NCBI GenBank assembly: GCA_964387845.1
Contig: CAYLXA010000002.1
Span: forward strand, 64,001 to 128,000
Origin: an uncultured bacterium
GTDB lineage: Bacteria > Omnitrophota > Omnitrophia > Omnitrophales > Abzuiibacteriaceae
DNA: 64,000 nt
Reading direction: 5' to 3'
Made by a program: the position numbers and the translations under genes. Shown one piece after another: positions 1 to 9,207 of this stretch; position 1 is the stretch's first letter; each line of letters starts with the position of its first letter. A model generated the notes under the pieces. That model did no database searches. It was not told the DNA's origin and worked only from the letters and a program-made list of their open reading frames with translations.

Positions 1-734
1 GCTCAAACGGCGAATATACGTACTTTACGCCGGATATTGCGTATCACGAAACCAAATTCGTGCGCGGCTTTCATTCATTGATTAATTTATGGGGCCCCGA
101 TCATCACGGCTACATTCCGCGCGTCAAAGCCGCTTGCCAAGCGCTGGGCCATGACCCGGAGAAGTTGATCGTGTTGATTGTGCAGCTCGTGACGCTTTAC
201 AGGCGCGGCGAGCAAGTCCGGATGTCGAAGCGGGCGGGGGAATACGTAACGCTTCGGGAATTAATGGATGAAGTCGGTGCTGATGCGACCCGGTTTTTCT
301 TCTTGATGCGCCGCGTCGAAAGCCCGCTTGATTTTGACTTAGAGCTTGCGAAAGAAAAATCGCAGGATAATCCCGTTTATTATTTGCAATACGCACATGC
401 CCGGATTTGTAGTTTGATTGCACTTTCCAAACAAAAACCGGATCCGCAAGCGGACGCCAGCATCCTGACTACGAAAGAAGAGACCGCCGTGCTGCAGCTT
501 TTGGGAGAATGTCCGGAAGCGATCAAGCAAGCCGCGCGGCTAAGGGAGCCTTACCGGCTGGTCGAATATCTGCGGGAGCTAGCAGCTGCTTTCCATAGTT
601 TTTATGGCGCTTGCCGCGTGATCAGCGAAGACCAGAGAATGACGGAAGCGAGACTTCTTCTCACCGATTGCGTTCGAATCGCGATGCGCAACGGACTCAG
701 AATTCTAGGCATTTCCCAGCCCGAATCGATGTAA
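1..734 (+). CDS. argS: arginyl-tRNA synthetase, C-terminal part (5' end lies outside the window)
   Basis: The reading frame is open from position 3 with no start codon (…NGEYTYFTPDIAYHETKF…). It contains a DALR anticodon-binding region with 'YYLQYAHARICSL', typical of ArgS C-termini. Confidence 0.85.
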   Translation, partial: SNGEYTYFTPDIAYHETKFVRGFHSLINLWGPDHHGYIPRVKAACQALGHDPEKLIVLIVQLVTLYRRGEQVRMSKRAGEYVTLRELMDEVGADATRFFFLMRRVESPLDFDLELAKEKSQDNPVYYLQYAHARICSLIALSKQKPDPQADASILTTKEETAVLQLLGECPEAIKQAARLREPYRLVEYLRELAAAFHSFYGACRVISEDQRMTEARLLLTDCVRIAMRNGLRILGISQPESM

Positions 735-737
735 TCC

Positions 738-1661
738 ATGAGAAAGCCGAAGCTTTTATTTTTAATCGGCCCCACCGGATCCGGAAAATCAGAGCTTGCG
801 GTTGAGATCGCAAAATCTCTTAAAGGCGAAATCATTTCTTGTGATTCCATGCTGGTTTACAAAGGGATGAATATCGGAACGGCAAAGCCGACGAAGCTTG
901 AGCAAAAGGGCATTCGGCATCACTGTATGAACTTAATCACGCCGAGGCAAAAAATCTCAGTTTATCAATACCGAAAATCTGCTCTCAAAGCTATTGAGCA
1001 GATCATCGCTCGAAAGCGCTTGCCGATCATCGTTGGCGGTTCCGGGCTTTATGTGAAAGCGATTACGGATGGCATTGCATCGCAATCTGGAAAAACGGCG
1101 CAACACCGGCGAAAATTAGAAAAACTCGAAGCCAAATACGGTTGGGCTTATTTGTATAAACGGCTTCAAAAAATTGATCCAAAGCGGGCATCTGAGATAT
1201 TGCCAAATGACAAACGGCGCACGATCCGTGCACTCGAAATATATGAAACCTTTGGTAAAAAGCCAAGCGAATGGCGTGAGGAAACAGAAACTTTGGAGGA
1301 TTTGGGTTATTCATATCAAATATTCGGCCTTGCGCGGGACAGAGCGAAATTGTACGAACGGATCAATGCGCGCGTGCTTCGGATGATCGAAAACGGCTTG
1401 ATTGAGGAAGTCAAACGCCTGCGAAAAACCGGCTTTTCGATGACGTCAAAACAGGCGATCGGTTACTGTGAAATTTTGGCGTATTTGAATCAACAATTGA
1501 CGTTGGAGCAAGCGGTGGAGTTAATTCAAAAACGTTCGCGTCATCTGGCAAAAAAACAACTTACGTGGTTCCGCCGGAATGATAGAATCGAGTGGATCGA
1601 AGTTTTGGATAATAAAAACGCACTTCAAAAAGCGAAACAATCGATTTTGAGCAAATTATGA
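738..1661 (+). CDS. miaA: tRNA dimethylallyltransferase
   Basis: P-loop 'LIGPTGSGKSELA'. MiaA family architecture at ~307 aa. Immediately followed by hflX, as in many bacteria. Confidence 0.9.
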   Translation: MRKPKLLFLIGPTGSGKSELAVEIAKSLKGEIISCDSMLVYKGMNIGTAKPTKLEQKGIRHHCMNLITPRQKISVYQYRKSALKAIEQIIARKRLPIIVGGSGLYVKAITDGIASQSGKTAQHRRKLEKLEAKYGWAYLYKRLQKIDPKRASEILPNDKRRTIRALEIYETFGKKPSEWREETETLEDLGYSYQIFGLARDRAKLYERINARVLRMIENGLIEEVKRLRKTGFSMTSKQAIGYCEILAYLNQQLTLEQAVELIQKRSRHLAKKQLTWFRRNDRIEWIEVLDNKNALQKAKQSILSKL

Positions 1662-2779
1662 GCGAAAGAATTTTATTGGTGCAGGTGGATTGGCGGCGGG
1701 CCAATCGGTTTCATCAGGAAGATGAAAGGGAAATGACAGAACTCGTCCGTTCAGCCGGCGGTTCGCTCCTTTCCGTGATTCGGGCATCGATCGATAAGCC
1801 GGCACCGTCTCACTTCATTCGATCTGGAAAAGTCGAGGAACTGAAGCAAAAACGAATTGCGAGCAGCGCGACGCTTGCTATTTTCAATATTGATCTGACG
1901 CCGGTTCAGGCGCGCAATATTGAACAGGATTGCGGGCTGAGAGTTGTCGACCGGACCGGTTTGATTTTGGATATTTTTGCGCTTCGTGCACAATCCCGCG
2001 AAGGAAGATTGCAGGTCGAGCTTGCTCAGCTTAATTATTTATTGCCGCGCCTCGTCGGAAAAGGTGTTTTGATGTCGCGTTTGGGCGGCGGTATCGGCAC
2101 CCGCGGACCCGGTGAACAAAAACTGGAAATCGACCGCCGTAAAATCAGAGCTCGGATTTCTCGGATCAAAAATGATTTGAAGAAAGTCGCCAAACACAGA
2201 GAGCTTCTCCGAAAATCCCGAAAGCGCAAAGCATTCGCGCTCGTGTCTGTCGTGGGTTATACGAATGCAGGAAAAAGCACGCTTTTGAATGCGCTCACCG
2301 GATCACACGTTTTAGCTGAGAATAAATTATTCGCAACGCTCGATCCCACGACGCGGATTTATGAAACAAAAAACGGTGCAAAGTTTTTGCTGACGGATAC
2401 GGTCGGATTTATTCAAAATCTGCCGCATAACCTGGTGGAAGCATTTAAAGCCACACTGGAAGAAGTGACGGAGGCCGATATTTTGATTCATGTATTGGAT
2501 GTTTCGAATCCGTTTGTCGAGCATCAGTACGACACGGTAAACAAAGTTCTCGAAGATTTAAAAGCGCAGGAGAAGCCCGTGGTGCTGGCGCTTAATAAAA
2601 TTGACCAGCTGCTCGCGCCCGAAATCGACCGGTTTGTTTCAAAATTTCAGGGCTCGATCCCCGTTTCGGCAAAAAACAAAAGCAATCTTGATGAGCTCAT
2701 CAGCCGGCTTGAAGAAATGATGGCTGGACAAAACATTCTCCACAATACCGAAAAGTTTGATCAGGGGCTCGTGACGTGA
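1658..2779 (+). CDS. hflX: GTPase HflX
   Basis: N-terminal HflX domain followed by a GTPase G1 motif 'GYTNAGKSTLLNALTG' and a 'DTVGF' G3 motif. The 4-nt overlap with miaA (ATGA) suggests translational coupling. Confidence 0.85.
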   Translation: MSERILLVQVDWRRANRFHQEDEREMTELVRSAGGSLLSVIRASIDKPAPSHFIRSGKVEELKQKRIASSATLAIFNIDLTPVQARNIEQDCGLRVVDRTGLILDIFALRAQSREGRLQVELAQLNYLLPRLVGKGVLMSRLGGGIGTRGPGEQKLEIDRRKIRARISRIKNDLKKVAKHRELLRKSRKRKAFALVSVVGYTNAGKSTLLNALTGSHVLAENKLFATLDPTTRIYETKNGAKFLLTDTVGFIQNLPHNLVEAFKATLEEVTEADILIHVLDVSNPFVEHQYDTVNKVLEDLKAQEKPVVLALNKIDQLLAPEIDRFVSKFQGSIPVSAKNKSNLDELISRLEEMMAGQNILHNTEKFDQGLVT

Positions 2780-3324
2780 AGAAAACACTGCCCACCGTCG
2801 GTCAAAAATTGATTTATCAAGGGTGTGTTGTGCGCCTAGAGGAATTAAAACTTAAAGCGCCGGACGGAACGCACATTAAACGCGAACTGATCCGACATTA
2901 CGGCTCGGCCGTGATTGTGCCACTTTTAGATCGCGACCACTTTGTGCTGGTCTATCAATACCGCGTGGCCTCCAACAGCTACATGCTCGAGTTTCCCGCT
3001 GGGACCAAAGAGCGCAATGAATCGCCTCTCGCCTGTGCAAAGCGCGAAATTGTTGAGGAAATTAATTATTCAGCCGGGAAGTGGGTAAAGCTCGGCAAAT
3101 TTTATCCGGCACCGGGTGTTTCTACGGAACTCATGCATATGTATTTGGCCATGAATTTAAAGCCGCAAGTCGGCAAAATGGACGATGATGAATGGCTGGA
3201 GACACGCGTGCTCACGCGGCGTGAGCTGAGGCGCCAAATTGACCAAGGCAAAATCGTCGACGCCAAAACCGTCATCGGGTTCTTCTTGCTATTGGAATAT
3301 GAGAAGGGCCTTGGGCGGCGGTAG
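2776..3324 (+). CDS. NUDIX hydrolase (ADP-ribose pyrophosphatase-like)
   Basis: Nudix box 'GTKERNESPLACAKREIVEEINY' (GX5EX7REUXEEXGU). Confidence 0.8.
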   Translation: MKKTLPTVGQKLIYQGCVVRLEELKLKAPDGTHIKRELIRHYGSAVIVPLLDRDHFVLVYQYRVASNSYMLEFPAGTKERNESPLACAKREIVEEINYSAGKWVKLGKFYPAPGVSTELMHMYLAMNLKPQVGKMDDDEWLETRVLTRRELRRQIDQGKIVDAKTVIGFFLLLEYEKGLGRR

Positions 3325-3410
3325 TCTTTGCTTGCTTTTGAAGCCGAATCCCGCTAAAATTACTCACTTTTACCTGAAACTCCGGTTAAATCCCATAAAA
3401 TACCAAGGTT

Positions 3411-4532
3411 ATGAGCGAACCTTTACAGCTTAAATTAAGCGACAAAGAATTAATTCAGAGAAAGGCCGAAGTATTGGCAAAGCCCATTGCTTCGATTGAT
3501 TTAGAGAAAATCACCAGCCTGTCGGACTTGGTCGATTCCTTCAAAAATACATCCATTCAAGCCCGGAATGTCGGAGCCTGTGCGGATATTTTTGGCCGGA
3601 TGCTGCAGGACTCAGAACGCCCGACGATTTTGCTCGGATTGGCGGGGCCTTTGATTGCGGCAGGCCTCCGCAAAGTGATCCGGGACATGATCGAATACAA
3701 CATGGTGGACGTGGTTGTTTCAACTGGTGCTATTTTGTATCAAGATTATTATCAGGCGCGCGGCGGCAGGCATTTCCGAGGAACGCCGGATGCGGACGAT
3801 TCGGAGCTTCGTGATCTTTACATCGACCGGATTTACGATACCTACGTAGATGAAGAAAAATTTTGGAGCTTTGACATTGAAATCGGCCGCTTCGCTGATC
3901 AGCTGCATCCGGGGGAATATTCCACGCGCGAATTTTTGCATTTGCTCGGAAGCACGATTACGGACAATGACTCCATTCTGGGAACGGCGAGCAAGCACGG
4001 TATTCCGGTGTTTTGCCCCGCGATCAATGATTCCAGTATCGGAATCGGACTAACCGAACATTATCACCGCGCAAAGAAACAAAATAAAAAGGGAATTACG
4101 ATCAGTTCAATCCGCGATAATTATGAGCTGACCCAAATTGTTGTTAATTCCAAACGCACCGCAGCTTTTTATGTGGCGGGCGGTGTTCCAAAAAATTACA
4201 TTAATGACTCGGTCGTGATGAGCTACATCTTCGGAAAAGATACGGGCGGCCACAAATACGCAATTCAACTCACGACCGATTCGCCGCACTGGGGCGGATT
4301 AAGCGGCAGTACGTTATCTGAGGCAAAATCGTGGGGCAAAGTGAACACCGAAGCCAACACCAGCATGGCGTTTGTGGAGCCATCGGTATCGCTTCCGCTG
4401 GTGGTGGGCTCAGCGCTCCATAAAAAGTTGTATCAAGGCCGCAAACGGCTCCAATTTCAATGGGATCATGACGAATTAACGCAAATCTCGTCGGAATTGA
4501 ATACTCAAAAGAAGGCGGCAGCACTCAAATGA
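3411..4532 (+). CDS. deoxyhypusine synthase family protein
   Basis: Aligns by eye to eukaryotic/archaeal DHS. 'IPVFCPAINDSSIG' matches IPVFSPALTDGSLG, 'YVAGGVPKNYI' matches ILGGGVVKHHI, and 'SEAKSWGKV' matches DEAVSWGKI. Confidence 0.7.
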   Translation: MSEPLQLKLSDKELIQRKAEVLAKPIASIDLEKITSLSDLVDSFKNTSIQARNVGACADIFGRMLQDSERPTILLGLAGPLIAAGLRKVIRDMIEYNMVDVVVSTGAILYQDYYQARGGRHFRGTPDADDSELRDLYIDRIYDTYVDEEKFWSFDIEIGRFADQLHPGEYSTREFLHLLGSTITDNDSILGTASKHGIPVFCPAINDSSIGIGLTEHYHRAKKQNKKGITISSIRDNYELTQIVVNSKRTAAFYVAGGVPKNYINDSVVMSYIFGKDTGGHKYAIQLTTDSPHWGGLSGSTLSEAKSWGKVNTEANTSMAFVEPSVSLPLVVGSALHKKLYQGRKRLQFQWDHDELTQISSELNTQKKAAALK

Positions 4533-5488
4533 AAGCACTGGTAACGGGCGGCGCGGGTTTTATCGGATCCAACTTGGCAATCACTTTAGAATCGCAAGGG
4601 ATCGATGTGACGGTTCTGGATAATTTCAAGTCCGGCGATTTCCGGAATCTGAGTGATTTCAAAGGCGATGTCACTGCGCAGGATGCAGCAGAAACGGATT
4701 GGAATGTGCTTCCGAAGTTTGACGTCATTTTCCATCAACAGGCCATCACCGACACGACAGTGCTTGATCAAAAATGGATGCTCGCGCAAAATGTGGAAGC
4801 TTTTCGCGGTTTGGTTGACTATTGTACCGGTAAGAAAATTCCTCTGATTTATGCTTCATCTGCAGGGGTTTACGGTAACGAGCCGCCGCCGCAGTGTGAA
4901 AATGGGCCGTTAAAACCGCTCAATATCTATGGCTTTTCGAAATTGTTAATGGATCGTCTGACGTTCAAGACAATCAAAACTGCCAAAAGCCCAATCGTGG
5001 GCTTGCGTTATTTCAACGTGTTCGGGCCGCGCGAGCAGTACAAAGGAAAAGCGGCGAGCATGATCTATCAACTGTCGGAGCAGATCCGCGCTGGAAAAAA
5101 GCCCCGGATTTTTGAATTTGGCGAGCAGGAACGCGATCATATTTATGTCAAAGATGTTGTGAGCGCTAATTTGTGCGCCTGGAAATCCGGGAAAAGTGGT
5201 GTTGTGAATGTGGGAACCGGCAAGCCGACTTCCTTCAACCGGCTGCTCGAAATTATTAAAGAATTTTTTGGAACAAACGTTGAAACCGAATATTTCAAAA
5301 ATCCGTATGATTTTTATCAAAATCATACATGCGCGGATGCTTCAAGTGCGCAAAAGTTGATCGGCTTTAAAGCCGAATGGAGTATCGAAAAGGGAATTAA
5401 GGATTATTTGGGTATATTGTATTCAGAAAAGAAATCAAGCTCTCTCAATCAATCTGCTAAGAAAACTCGCCAAAAAGTCACGTCTTAA
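4529..5488 (+). CDS. hldD: ADP-L-glycero-D-manno-heptose 6-epimerase
   Basis: '[14 protein letters not shown]…VLDNFKSGDFRNL' matches the HldD/RfaD N-terminus. Extended SDR family. gmhB lies at the far end of the glycan island. Confidence 0.75.
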   Translation: MKALVTGGAGFIGSNLAITLESQGIDVTVLDNFKSGDFRNLSDFKGDVTAQDAAETDWNVLPKFDVIFHQQAITDTTVLDQKWMLAQNVEAFRGLVDYCTGKKIPLIYASSAGVYGNEPPPQCENGPLKPLNIYGFSKLLMDRLTFKTIKTAKSPIVGLRYFNVFGPREQYKGKAASMIYQLSEQIRAGKKPRIFEFGEQERDHIYVKDVVSANLCAWKSGKSGVVNVGTGKPTSFNRLLEIIKEFFGTNVETEYFKNPYDFYQNHTCADASSAQKLIGFKAEWSIEKGIKDYLGILYSEKKSSSLNQSAKKTRQKVTS

Positions 5489-5561
5489 GCCCATGTAGCT
5501 CAGCTGGTAGAGCGGCGCTTTCGTAAAGCGTAGGTCGTCAGTTCAATCCTGACCGTGGGCT
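5489..5561 (+). tRNA. tRNA-Thr (anticodon CGU)
   Basis: Folds by hand into a cloverleaf. The acceptor stem is GCCCATG/CGTGGGC. The D-arm is GCTC-AGCTGGTA-GAGC. The anticodon stem is GCGCT/AGCGT with loop TTCGTAA (anticodon CGT). The T-arm is GTCAG-TTCAATC-CTGAC, and the discriminator base is T. Confidence 0.85.
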
Positions 5562-5564
5562 GTT

Positions 5565-7013
5565 TTATTTTGATTTACGAAGATGAGAGGGAAGGATCCG
5601 CAGAATATCGCGGTATTTGGCGATGGTGCGCCGCGCGACTTGAACACCGTCCGCTTTCAACAAACTCACAATTTTTGCATCACTAAAAGGTTTCTTCGGG
5701 TCTTCTGAATCAACCAGGTTTTTGATTTTTTCCATCACGCTTTTTTGCGATTCCATCTCACCATTATCGGCTGCCAATGCATTCGAGAAAAAGCTCTTCA
5801 AAGGAATCGTGCCTTGCGGCGAGCGGACGTATTTCCCCTGAATCGCACGGCTGATGGTGGATTCGTGAATTCCGACTTTATCGGCAATGTCGCGCAGGCG
5901 GAGCGGCTTAAGCTGCGCAAACCCATTATCTAAAAAATCTTTCTGTGCCTTCACGATTTCTTCGGCAATCCGCCGCAAAGTAGATTTTCGCTCGCTTAAG
6001 GCGCGGATGTACATCAAAGCCGCCTGCATTTTTTCGCGTAAAAAGGCTTTCGTTTTCGGATCGACATCTTTTTGTTTGATCATTTTCCGGTACATCGGGT
6101 TGATGCGAAGTTCCGGAATTGTTTCGTTGTGGATTTCGATATCGTATTCGTTTTCGTTGTCATCCGACGGCATGATCGTAATGTCGGGAATTACGGAGAT
6201 AGCCTCATCTTGATAAAAAATCCGCCCCGGTTTCGGCTCAAGTGATGCGATTAATTTGCAGGCTTGTGAAATATGATCCGGCGAAGCGGCGAGAGCTTTT
6301 GCAATCTGATCGATCTGCCTTCGCTCAAGCAATTGAAAGTGTGACTCCACAATCTTAATCGGCAGCGCGCCGCTTTTGCGCCGTTTCAACTGCAGGATTA
6401 AAACCTCTTGAATGTTGCGTCCGCCCACGCCCGGCGGATCGAGCGTTTGAATCGCTTCTAAAATTTTCTCAACCGTATCTTTTTCCGTTTGTGCGGCGGC
6501 GGCAATTTCGTCAACGGAGCCCGCGAAATAGCCGTCTTCATTGATGCTGCCGATAATTTCCTGGGCAATTTTCTCTTTCTCCTCATCAAGACCCAAAAGG
6601 CCCAGCTGCCATTCAAGATAATCGGTTAGGGTGGGCGCTTTTGAGAGAATCGACTCCTGGTAGTCCTTCTTCTTTTGGAGATCGGAAGCAAGCCCTTCGG
6701 TAAGGTCGGTTTGCCTGAATAGATTTTCGCGCATGTCATCATCTAGCGCGCTCATTTGGTCTAACTTTTCGTCGAATTCCAGTTCGGATTCCGACGTTCC
6801 GGAATCATTTAAATCATCCGTTATTTCGCCGTCTTCAGATTCATCTTTGACTTCTTCCAGTACCGGATTTTGCGCGAGTTCCTGCTCGACCGACAATTGC
6901 AAATCGGTGATGGGAAGCTGCAGCAATTTTAAAAATTGACGAAGCTGCGGCGACAGGATGAGCTGCTGTGATTGTGACTGCGAAAGTTGAGGTTGCAGGT
7001 TCGGGGAAGACAT
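5565..7013 (-). CDS. rpoN: RNA polymerase sigma-54 factor
   Basis: Q/L-rich N-terminus and an acidic region. C-terminal HTH 'GIHESTISRA' and RpoN box 'ARRTIAKYR'. Confidence 0.95.
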   Translation of the reverse strand: MSSPNLQPQLSQSQSQQLILSPQLRQFLKLLQLPITDLQLSVEQELAQNPVLEEVKDESEDGEITDDLNDSGTSESELEFDEKLDQMSALDDDMRENLFRQTDLTEGLASDLQKKKDYQESILSKAPTLTDYLEWQLGLLGLDEEKEKIAQEIIGSINEDGYFAGSVDEIAAAAQTEKDTVEKILEAIQTLDPPGVGGRNIQEVLILQLKRRKSGALPIKIVESHFQLLERRQIDQIAKALAASPDHISQACKLIASLEPKPGRIFYQDEAISVIPDITIMPSDDNENEYDIEIHNETIPELRINPMYRKMIKQKDVDPKTKAFLREKMQAALMYIRALSERKSTLRRIAEEIVKAQKDFLDNGFAQLKPLRLRDIADKVGIHESTISRAIQGKYVRSPQGTIPLKSFFSNALAADNGEMESQKSVMEKIKNLVDSEDPKKPFSDAKIVSLLKADGVQVARRTIAKYRDILRILPSHLRKSK

Positions 7014-7130
7014 TTTTTATCTATTTTGAATGCCAACGAAAGCCTATCACCTTTTAGGGGTCGTGTCAAAGCGCATTCCGGCTGTAAAAACGTTTATAAA
7101 CCGCGTTTTCACAATTACTTATGGAATGAA

Positions 7131-7158
7131 TTGACACCCCTCTTTTGTCTGCTATAAT
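7131..7158 (+). promoter_or_regulatory. sigma-70-type promoter upstream of accD (TTGACA, 16-nt spacer, TATAAT)
   Basis: The -35 element TTGACA is at 7131-7136 and the -10 element TATAAT at 7153-7158, with a 16-nt spacer. An SD GAGG at 7172-7175 sits 5 nt before an in-frame GTG at 7181. Confidence 0.5.
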
Positions 7159-8092
7159 TTTCACTTTACATGAGGATATTGTGACAGCAGCCAATAACGC
7201 TCCGCCAACCGAAAATTCGCCCAAGAAGCCTGTTACGGGCCCAATCCGGAAAAAAAATGTTCCGGAAGGTTTATGGGTTAAATGCCCGAGCTGCAATCAC
7301 ACCCTTTACAGTAAGGCCCTGCAGGAAAACGAGTCCGTTTGTACCAAGTGCGATTACCATTTCATCATTGGAGCAAAAGAGCGCATTGCGCAGTTGATTG
7401 ACGAAGGTACTTTCCGCGAGCTAGATGCCAATCTCAGGGCGGCTGATCCGCTGGGCTTTACCGGAAGTAAATCATACTTAGATAAAGTTAAACAGGATCA
7501 AAAGAAAACAGGCCTGGCCGAAGCCGTGATTGTCGGGCATGGAAAATTGGAAGGATCGGACGTTGCGCTCGCAGCAACCGATTCCCGTTTTATCATGGGT
7601 TCGATGGGTTCTGTGGTGGGCGAGAAAATCACGCGGCTGATCGAATCTGCGATGCAGAAAAAGGTTCCGCTTATTATTGTGTCCGGCTCAGGCGGCGGCG
7701 CGCGGATGTATGAGGGTGCTTTGAGTCTCATGCAAATGGCAAAAACCTCGGCTGCACTTGCGCAATTTTCCAAAACCAAAATGCCTTATATTTCGGTTTT
7801 GACGAATCCGACCATGGGCGGCGTAATGGCAAGTTTTGCGTCGTTGGGCGACATTATCGTTGCCGAGCCCAAGGCGCTGATCGGTTTTGCCGGCCCGCGC
7901 GTAATCGAACAAACAATTCGCCAAAAATTGCCGCCGGATTTTCAAACTTCGGAATTTTTGCTCAAGCATGGCATGATCGACTTGGTTGTGGAACGGAAAG
8001 AATTAAAACAAACTTTACATCGCTTGGTTCAACTGTGTGCCGGAGGAGAAAATGGCTCGCGTCTCGCTAAAAGACGTCACGAAACTGTATAA
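7145..8092 (+). CDS. accD: acetyl-CoA carboxylase carboxyltransferase beta subunit
   Basis: Zn-ribbon 'CPSCNHTLY…CTKCDYHF' and a carboxyltransferase domain. The true start is probably GTG 7181, because the ORF-track ATG at 7145 overlaps the -10 box of the promoter above. Confidence 0.9.
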   Translation: MSAIIFTLHEDIVTAANNAPPTENSPKKPVTGPIRKKNVPEGLWVKCPSCNHTLYSKALQENESVCTKCDYHFIIGAKERIAQLIDEGTFRELDANLRAADPLGFTGSKSYLDKVKQDQKKTGLAEAVIVGHGKLEGSDVALAATDSRFIMGSMGSVVGEKITRLIESAMQKKVPLIIVSGSGGGARMYEGALSLMQMAKTSAALAQFSKTKMPYISVLTNPTMGGVMASFASLGDIIVAEPKALIGFAGPRVIEQTIRQKLPPDFQTSEFLLKHGMIDLVVERKELKQTLHRLVQLCAGGENGSRLAKRRHETV

Positions 8093-9155
8093 CAACTCGG
8101 TTGTGGCAGTCGATAAAGTATCGCTCGACATTGAGGACAAAGAGTTTGTTGTGTTAGTCGGTCCGTCGGGTTGCGGAAAGTCTACCACACTACGGATGGT
8201 CGCAGGACTCGAAGAAATTTCATCCGGCGAAATTTTTATCGATAACCAAGTCGTCAACGACATTCCCGCAAAAAACCGCGATATTGCCATGGTTTTTCAA
8301 AATTATGCGCTATACCCTCACATGACTGTTTACGAGAACATGGCATTTGGCCTTAAACTCAGACATTATCCAAAGAAGGAAATTGACAGGCGGGTTCATG
8401 AGGCAGCCGAAATTTTAGGGTTGGCTGATCGTATCAAGCGGAAACCAAAAGAACTCTCTGGAGGCGAGCGGCAGCGTGTAGCGCTGGGCCGTGCGATCGT
8501 GCGGAAACCAAAAGTGTTTCTGTTCGATGAGCCTCTGAGTAACCTTGATGCTAAATTGCGCGTTCAAATGCGTTCAGAAATCAAAAAACTACACAATCGT
8601 CTTCAGTCGACCATGATCTATGTGACCCATGACCAAGTTGAAGCGCTCACGCTCGGTGATCGTATTGTTGTCATGAAGGACGGGTTGGTCCAGCAAGTTG
8701 ATAAACCGATCAATTTATACGAAAACCCCAACAACCGGTTTATCGCAGGCTTTATTGGTTCGCCGCCCATGAATTTTCTGAAAGGAAATATCGTGCCGCA
8801 TAACGGCGGGTTGGCTTTTGCGGATAAGGCTATCCGGCTTAAAATCCTTAAGCAGCACGAAAAACATCTTTCAGAATACGTAAACCGGGAGGTTTATTTT
8901 GGGATCCGGCCCGAAGACATTTATGACAAATTGTTTGCCCAGGATGCTTCAGAAGAATTTACGATTACCGCAACGGTTGATATTGTTGAACCGATGGGTG
9001 CCGAAATTTTTATTTATTTCACAGTCGGACGAAACAGCTTTATCGCCCGCGTCGACAATCAGGACACCGCGTCTGCCCGGCAAGATCTCCAAGTTGTTTT
9101 TGATATGTCGAAAGCGCATTTTTTTGACATCGAATCCGAGAAAGCAATCGTATAA
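8052..9155 (+). CDS. ABC transporter ATP-binding protein, MalK/UgpC/MsmK type with C-terminal TOBE domain
   Basis: Walker A 'GPSGCGKST', signature 'LSGGERQRVA', Walker B 'FLFDEPLSNLD' and a C-terminal regulatory/TOBE-like region. SD GGAGGAG at 8042-8048 precedes the ATG at 8052; the ORF track begins at GTG 8037. Confidence 0.85.
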   Translation: MARVSLKDVTKLYNNSVVAVDKVSLDIEDKEFVVLVGPSGCGKSTTLRMVAGLEEISSGEIFIDNQVVNDIPAKNRDIAMVFQNYALYPHMTVYENMAFGLKLRHYPKKEIDRRVHEAAEILGLADRIKRKPKELSGGERQRVALGRAIVRKPKVFLFDEPLSNLDAKLRVQMRSEIKKLHNRLQSTMIYVTHDQVEALTLGDRIVVMKDGLVQQVDKPINLYENPNNRFIAGFIGSPPMNFLKGNIVPHNGGLAFADKAIRLKILKQHEKHLSEYVNREVYFGIRPEDIYDKLFAQDASEEFTITATVDIVEPMGAEIFIYFTVGRNSFIARVDNQDTASARQDLQVVFDMSKAHFFDIESEKAIV

Positions 9156-9207
9156 CGTTGTTCGGTAAAACGGATTTGCCAGCCGTACGTCGTTTTGAAC
9201 ATTTGAG

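Noticed and set aside
124-850. Several 60-120-aa ORFs antisense to or out of frame with argS, for example 124-423 (-), 339-530 (-) and 602-850 (-). Similar small ORFs occur throughout the window, opposite nearly every large gene.
   Set aside because: They lie entirely inside strongly supported protein-coding genes and have no recognisable motifs or ribosome-binding sites. Their amino-acid composition (rich in R, S and P) is what you get from the antisense strand of a coding sequence. I treat them as six-frame artefacts.
5489-5565. tRNA-Thr as the integration site of a genomic island.
   Set aside because: I see no integrase, no direct repeat of the tRNA 3' end further along, and no mobile-element genes. 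The large glycan island begins 10 kb away, after unrelated housekeeping genes. The tRNA simply sits between the convergent hldD and rpoN genes.
8037-8092. Possible accD-ABC ATPase gene fusion, or a programmed frameshift, suggested by the 40-56-nt overlap.
   Set aside because: The two proteins are in different frames. The ATPase has its own strong SD (GGAGGAG) and ATG at 8052, and both domains are complete on their own. An ordinary overlapping gene pair, or a slightly over-extended accD stop, is more parsimonious.
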